From the NCBI GenBank assembly GCA_045805065.1, contig JBJMMA010000195.1, forward strand, positions 1 through 19,447: a stretch of DNA of 19,447 nucleotides. Direction: 5' to 3'. Below the pieces are notes generated by a model, which worked only from the letters and a program-made list of their open reading frames with translations, was not told the origin of the DNA and made no database searches. Both the position numbers and the translations under genes were made by a program. Source of the DNA: Bdellovibrionia bacterium. GTDB lineage: Bacteria > Bdellovibrionota > UBA1018. Each line of letters opens with the position of its first letter. Position 1 is the first letter of the stretch. Positions 14,733 to 19,447 of this stretch are shown here, piece by piece.

Positions 14733-16754
14733 ATGATTCACAAAACTAGGCAGATTACGGCAGCATTGGCATCAGCCACCCTTGCACTTTTTCTCTCATC
14801 CAACCCTGCGCGGGCTGAGTCAGCGTCTCTGGCCGAGGCGCAAGTTCTCGTCTCAACAAACAGTCCCCTGACGGAGCCGAATTTTTCGAAAGACGCATGT
14901 AAGCTCATTCAGGACACCGTATATAACTGGAACCTTGGAACGCTTCCTTCCCCACGCTGCATCCAGATCTCCTCACCTGATTCGGCCGAGATCCAGAACG
15001 CCCGGAACGCGCACGAGGCCACTCTTTACATTTCGATGATCGCAAAACCGGACGGATCCCATTCCCTTACGATCGAGAACTGGGGCACGAGGGATTCTGC
15101 GGACTTTCACCAGCTGAGCTGGACAATCGAAGCCTCCGCTGACTGGAAACTCCAGACTCAAAAACTTCTTTCACGCTTTACGGAATTCGACGCTGACAAA
15201 ACGAAGCTTCAGAAGTTCCTGCTCATCAACGGATTAACCCCCTACAGCCGCATTGGCTACTCCGCCAAGAGATTCTACGACAGAAGCTCCGGCAGTCAGC
15301 TCTCCTTTGATGCGGCCTACTCGCTTTTCCGAGACGAAAACCCAAAGCAAAAGCACTACCTCCAGGCAGGACTTGAAATCGCTGCTTTGCTTGGAGCCTC
15401 AACCATTCACTATTACGTTGCCCCAAAAATCAATTTCCCGGACTGGGAATATGATCTGGAGTCATCCATCAAGGCACGCGCCAACTTCAGAGCGGTTCGA
15501 TACGACGATAATCAGTTCAATACGAATGTGGGCCACTACTACGCCGGCACGGTGTACTATACTCTTGCGAGATCCAATGGCCTGGATCGCATGGAGTCCC
15601 TGCTCTATACCTTTGCAGCATCAAGCGCCTGGGAATACATCGCGGAATACCGGGAAGTGGTTTCGATCAACGATCAAATCAACACGACGCTGGGCGGCTT
15701 CATCATCGGTGAGGCTTTGCACGAGATCGGAAGGCTCTTTGCATCCGGCTCTGATACGCTTCAAACCCGAATTCTGAGAGCAACCTTCGGGTCTCCTGAT
15801 CATTTCAACTCCTGGCTGTCGCAGAAGACTTCAGGCTCGAAACTGAACCTTTCTGAGACCGGCTTCAAACCAGACGTATGGGGCAAGGCTGGAATCTACT
15901 ACTCGCACGATGCGAATGTTTCTCCTTTCTCAAAAACCGGGGACAAGGCAAGCCGGATCGGCTTTGATGCGCAAGTCATCGACATCCCGCTTTTCGAGGA
16001 GCCTGGCCATGTCCGCTCCCTGTTAACGGACACTGTGTTTGCAAGTTTCCTGTGGGAGCATGGAACCAATGACGAGACGCTGGAGGACTTCAAGCTCTTC
16101 GCCAAAACAACGCTCGCAGCATATTACGAGAAGAACCTGGGCCGCGATGCTCAGGGTAACTTGAGCGGCTACAATCTTTTTGTCGGCCCGAGCATGGCTT
16201 TGGACATTGATGACACCAACAGCAGCATCGGAAACAGCCATTCCGACAAGGCTGATTTTCACGGCATCGCTCACATTGTGGGCGGCACCCTGGATCTCAC
16301 GGCTTATACGAAAGGCTATCGGATCCGAGCGATCCTGGACATCTACGGCGACTTTGCCATGATGCGCTCATATGCGTTTGATCAATACGCAAAAACGCAT
16401 GACGTTTCAAATGTCCCCAATGTGACTCGCCACCATGACTACTATTACGGAACTGGCTACACGACGAGCTTAGGCTTAGTCGTGAATAAAGGCCGCTTCG
16501 AAGCAGGAGCAAAAGTCGAGGACATCCGGACGGACGTCCTCAATTCCCGCACGCGCTTTGCCGCCGACACGGATCACATCTCTCAGCAGGATCGAAGAAC
16601 CAAGGCCCAGGCCTGGGTTGCGTATCAGCTGAACGACTCGGTTCAGGTTAAAATCGGTGCTGAGAAGAATATTCGCTCAGGCACGGTGGGCGACACGAAC
16701 CTGTCAGGAAGCGATATTCGCAAATACTCGACTTTGATCTATACGTTCAAATAA
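14733..16754 (+). CDS. DUF3943-domain outer-membrane protein with probable C-terminal beta-barrel
   Basis: Signal peptide ends NPARA. DUF3943-like core DDNQFNTNVGHYYAGTVYYTLARSNG...SSAWEYIAEYREVVSINDQINTTLGGFIIGEALH. C-terminal half has alternating amphipathic strands and ends LIYTFK. Alternative GTG start at 14724. Confidence 0.8.
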   Translation: MIHKTRQITAALASATLALFLSSNPARAESASLAEAQVLVSTNSPLTEPNFSKDACKLIQDTVYNWNLGTLPSPRCIQISSPDSAEIQNARNAHEATLYISMIAKPDGSHSLTIENWGTRDSADFHQLSWTIEASADWKLQTQKLLSRFTEFDADKTKLQKFLLINGLTPYSRIGYSAKRFYDRSSGSQLSFDAAYSLFRDENPKQKHYLQAGLEIAALLGASTIHYYVAPKINFPDWEYDLESSIKARANFRAVRYDDNQFNTNVGHYYAGTVYYTLARSNGLDRMESLLYTFAASSAWEYIAEYREVVSINDQINTTLGGFIIGEALHEIGRLFASGSDTLQTRILRATFGSPDHFNSWLSQKTSGSKLNLSETGFKPDVWGKAGIYYSHDANVSPFSKTGDKASRIGFDAQVIDIPLFEEPGHVRSLLTDTVFASFLWEHGTNDETLEDFKLFAKTTLAAYYEKNLGRDAQGNLSGYNLFVGPSMALDIDDTNSSIGNSHSDKADFHGIAHIVGGTLDLTAYTKGYRIRAILDIYGDFAMMRSYAFDQYAKTHDVSNVPNVTRHHDYYYGTGYTTSLGLVVNKGRFEAGAKVEDIRTDVLNSRTRFAADTDHISQQDRRTKAQAWVAYQLNDSVQVKIGAEKNIRSGTVGDTNLSGSDIRKYSTLIYTFK

Positions 16755-16769
16755 GATATCGGTCCAATC

Positions 16770-17441
16770 ATGAGCATGACGATCGATCCAAAGGACCCTT
16801 ACCCGCTTTTGCCCGGATTTTCGGACCTTGAGGCCATGCAGTACTCCGAGCAAGTCGATCATTGGCTCGGCTTTGATATCGTCGAGACGGAAAAGAAAAT
16901 CCATGCGCGTCTCGGCAACTCACGCCTGGGAGATCCGCAGGAATATTGGGTCGGTTTGAACATCCAAAGTCTTCTGACTCCTTACACTGAGATCCGACGG
17001 CTTTTGGATCAGCTTGAAATCAAGCCGGGTGATACCTTGATTGATCTTGGCGCAGGCTATGGCCGAATCGGGTTTGTCATGGGCCACTATTATCCGGAGT
17101 CATTCTTTATCGGATACGAGGCAGTCGAGGAGCGCGTCAGTGAGACGCTTCGCTGTCTCAGTCCGCTTCGTTACTCAAACGTCAGAATGGAGCTTGCTGA
17201 TCTCAGCTCCCCGGACTTCAAGCCCGAGCCTGCCGACTACTATTTCATTTATGACTATGGAACAAGGCCCGCGGTGGAAAAGACGCTTGAGGATCTCAAG
17301 GAAGTAGCCCGCACGAGAAAGATCACGGTCATCGGGCGAGGACGCCTCTCACGTGACGCAATCGAAAGACATCATCCCTGGCTCTCTCAGGTCGAGCCCC
17401 CAAAGCACTTCAAGAATTACTCGATCTATTACTCGGCTTGA
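16770..17441 (+). CDS. Class I SAM-dependent methyltransferase, substrate unknown
   Basis: Motif I LIDLGAGYGRIG, acidic motif II FIGYE, then ADLS and DYYFIYDYG. Starts 15 nt after the DUF3943 gene. Confidence 0.85.
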   Translation: MSMTIDPKDPYPLLPGFSDLEAMQYSEQVDHWLGFDIVETEKKIHARLGNSRLGDPQEYWVGLNIQSLLTPYTEIRRLLDQLEIKPGDTLIDLGAGYGRIGFVMGHYYPESFFIGYEAVEERVSETLRCLSPLRYSNVRMELADLSSPDFKPEPADYYFIYDYGTRPAVEKTLEDLKEVARTRKITVIGRGRLSRDAIERHHPWLSQVEPPKHFKNYSIYYSA

Positions 17442-17460
17442 ATTTTCCAGCAGCCTGGAC

Positions 17461-18369
17461 TTACGCAGCTTGAGGTGGAGCCTCGGGAGCCGATGGGCCC
17501 TCTTTTTTCTCGCCCTTGTTTTTTCCTGCGGGGTTGTAGTGCTCAACCAGCGCGTTCACTTCTGAGCCCAGCAAAATCACAAATCCCGCAATATTGAGCC
17601 AGAGCATGAGAATAATGACTGCCCCAATGCTTCCGTAAGTCGCGTTGTATTTTCCGAAGTGATCGACATAGAGCCGAAAACCCAGCGATGCAACGATCAA
17701 GGCGCCAACACCTGCCAAACTTCCTGGCGAAATGAATTTAAATTTCTGCTCCACGTCAGGACCAAGGTAATAGGTCACGGCAAAGGCCAGCGTGAGCGCC
17801 GCGGCGATGATCACCCATCTCAAGACGGCAAAGACCGTCGTCAAAATCGAGCCCTGCCCGATCATGGAGCCGATAGTGTTCTGAATGACTCCTCCGAAAA
17901 CAACGAGAGACAATCCGGCCACGATCAACGCGCCGACCAGGAAGGTCAGCAGAATCGCTGTGGCTCGCGCCTTGAAAAACGATCTGCCTTCCTTGACGTC
18001 ATAGGTAATATTGAGCTGCTGCATAATGGCATACATCCCATTCGATGCAGCCCAAACCGTCAGAAGAAGACCGACTGAAAGCAGCCCCCCTTTTCTTTGA
18101 GACACGACTTCCTGCACGGTTCCGGTGAACATCTTTGAAGCATCGCCCGGAAGCATCTGTCCCAGCAGGTCCATGACAGATTGCTGGAGATTTGGAATCG
18201 GAAGATAAGGCAGCAGACTCAAAAGCGCGATCATCGCCGGGAATATGGCAAGCATCCAATAGTAGGCAAGTGCCGCAGCGCCATTGGAGACATTGTCGTT
18301 TTTGATCTCGTTTTTCAGATCTGTACTAAACCGCTTGGTAAATGTTTTTAAAGGAAGGCCGTATGGCAT
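17461..18369 (-). CDS. YihY/virulence factor BrkB family membrane protein
   Basis: AAALAYYWMLAIFP, LLTVWAASNG...LNITYDVKEGRSF, ISPGSL and YNATYGSIGAVIILMLWLNIAGFVILLGSEVNA. Start taken as ATG 18369. Confidence 0.93.
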   Translation of the reverse strand: MPYGLPLKTFTKRFSTDLKNEIKNDNVSNGAAALAYYWMLAIFPAMIALLSLLPYLPIPNLQQSVMDLLGQMLPGDASKMFTGTVQEVVSQRKGGLLSVGLLLTVWAASNGMYAIMQQLNITYDVKEGRSFFKARATAILLTFLVGALIVAGLSLVVFGGVIQNTIGSMIGQGSILTTVFAVLRWVIIAAALTLAFAVTYYLGPDVEQKFKFISPGSLAGVGALIVASLGFRLYVDHFGKYNATYGSIGAVIILMLWLNIAGFVILLGSEVNALVEHYNPAGKNKGEKKEGPSAPEAPPQAA

Positions 18370-18464
18370 ATGACAACATGGGCTGCATTTTCTAAGCCTA
18401 AGCTGTTGAGCCCCTTCCAACTCTCTTTTCAATAGCGGCAAGCTATGAGAGAAGAACAATCTAT

Positions 18465-19061
18465 ATGAAGCCTACCGCCCCGATTTCTAAAGAAGCCCTC
18501 GATCAGATCTTTATTCAAGCGCGCACGCACAATGTGTGGCTCGATCGTCCTGTCAGCGAAGACACTCTTCGCCAGATCTATGACTTGATGAAGTGGGGCC
18601 CTACAAGCGCGAACAGCTCTCCCCTGCGCATTGTTTTTGTGAAGTCCGAAGAAGGAAAGAAAAGACTTCTTCCGGCAATCGCTGAAGGAAACTACGAAAA
18701 AGTGAAATCGGCGCCTGTCACTGCGATCCTTGCTCAAGACATGGAGTTCTATGAGAAGCTTCCAAAACTTTTCCCGCATGCCGATGCTCGCTCCTGGTTT
18801 GCGGGCAACGAGGCCCTGATCAAAGCAACCGCTTTTCGAAACAGCTCCCTTCAGGCTGCCTACTTCATCATCGCAGCTCGTTCATTGGGCCTGGACTGCG
18901 GCCCGATGAGTGGCTTTGACGCTGAGAAGCTGGATGCGGAATTCTTTACCGGAACCCAACTGAAAACAAATCTCATTTGCAGCCTGGGATACGGAGATCA
19001 CACGAAAGTTTACCCAAGAGCTCCTCGTCTTGGCTTCAATGAAGCATGCCAGATGGTTTAG
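18465..19061 (+). CDS. rutE: Nitroreductase-family malonic semialdehyde reductase (RutE/YcdI-like)
   Basis: ARTHNVW, WGPTSANSSPLRIVFV, FRNSSLQAAYFIIAARSLGLDCGPMSGFD and PRAPRLGF. No other rut genes in the window, so the physiological substrate is uncertain. Confidence 0.9.
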   Translation: MKPTAPISKEALDQIFIQARTHNVWLDRPVSEDTLRQIYDLMKWGPTSANSSPLRIVFVKSEEGKKRLLPAIAEGNYEKVKSAPVTAILAQDMEFYEKLPKLFPHADARSWFAGNEALIKATAFRNSSLQAAYFIIAARSLGLDCGPMSGFDAEKLDAEFFTGTQLKTNLICSLGYGDHTKVYPRAPRLGFNEACQMV

Positions 19062-19082
19062 GGGTTGCACGTCTCTGGTCGC

Positions 19083-19447
19083 ATGACAAACAGAGACGTT
19101 AAAGGTTTTCAGTCGCCGCTTTTCTTTTTTCCGCTGGTCGAGACCTCTCATTTGAGTCGTGATTGGGGCTGGTTTCTTGCTGCGGGAATCATATCCTGCA
19201 TCCTGGGAATTCTTGCCTGGCGCGCGCCGGTTGTTGCTTCAGCAGGATTGGCAACTGCCTTGGGCATCATTCTGCTCATCAGCGGCGCTGCTCAGCTGGT
19301 TCAGGCGATTCGTTTCAGCCGATACGGCGGCACGACCTGGAGAGTCTTTCAGTCGCTTATTTCGATCGTGGGCGGCTTCGTCATGGTTCGCTACCCGGTC
19401 ATCGGGATCATGGGCGTCGGCCTTACAATCATTTTCTATCTCTTCAT
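19083..19447 (+). CDS. HdeD/DUF308 family membrane protein (partial, runs off the window; absent from the ORF track)
   Basis: Manual translation: MTNRDVKGFQSPLFFFPLVETSHLSRDWGWFLAAGIISCILGILAWRAPVVASAGLATALGIILLISGAAQLVQAIRFSRYGGTTWRVFQSLISIVGGFVMVRYPVIG... This matches the HdeD pattern W.W.L..G...I.G..A...P.......G..L...G..Q. Confidence 0.85.
   Translation, partial: MTNRDVKGFQSPLFFFPLVETSHLSRDWGWFLAAGIISCILGILAWRAPVVASAGLATALGIILLISGAAQLVQAIRFSRYGGTTWRVFQSLISIVGGFVMVRYPVIGIMGVGLTIIFYLF

Noticed and set aside
18465..19061. Pyrimidine-utilisation (rut) operon
   Set aside because: Only the RutE-like gene is present; rutABCDFG are absent from the window.

Overview
Bacterial chromosomal window, probably from a Bdellovibrionota-like organism (inferred from the fibre protein's N-terminal domain). 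No rRNA, tRNA, CRISPR array, integrase or transposase was seen. From left to right: an MDR-family NAD(P)H oxidoreductase; a translationally coupled operon of a duplicated His-bearing membrane protein, a gluconate 2-dehydrogenase subunit-3-like protein and a GMC flavoprotein; a two-gene surface-fibre module (collagen-containing, MAT-like trimeric fibre without an S74 chaperone, then a separately secreted Ig/beta-helix adhesin without a translocator); an AT-rich spacer and a start-less gene remnant; a disordered protein; an orphan PAS histidine kinase; a secreted hypothetical protein; an RRM RNA-binding protein; a signal-peptide-bearing RelA/SpoT-like nucleotidyltransferase; a VanX/DdpX dipeptidase; a DUF3943 outer-membrane protein; a SAM methyltransferase; a YihY/BrkB protein; a RutE-like nitroreductase; and a partial HdeD-family gene. 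The best leads are (1) the fibre plus putative tip adhesin pair, which lies in a segment bounded by TAGACT direct repeats, (2) the apparently exported alarmone-synthetase-like enzyme, and (3) a GMC dehydrogenase operon with a duplicated membrane protein where a cytochrome c subunit would be expected. All family calls come from motif recognition by eye; no database search was run.
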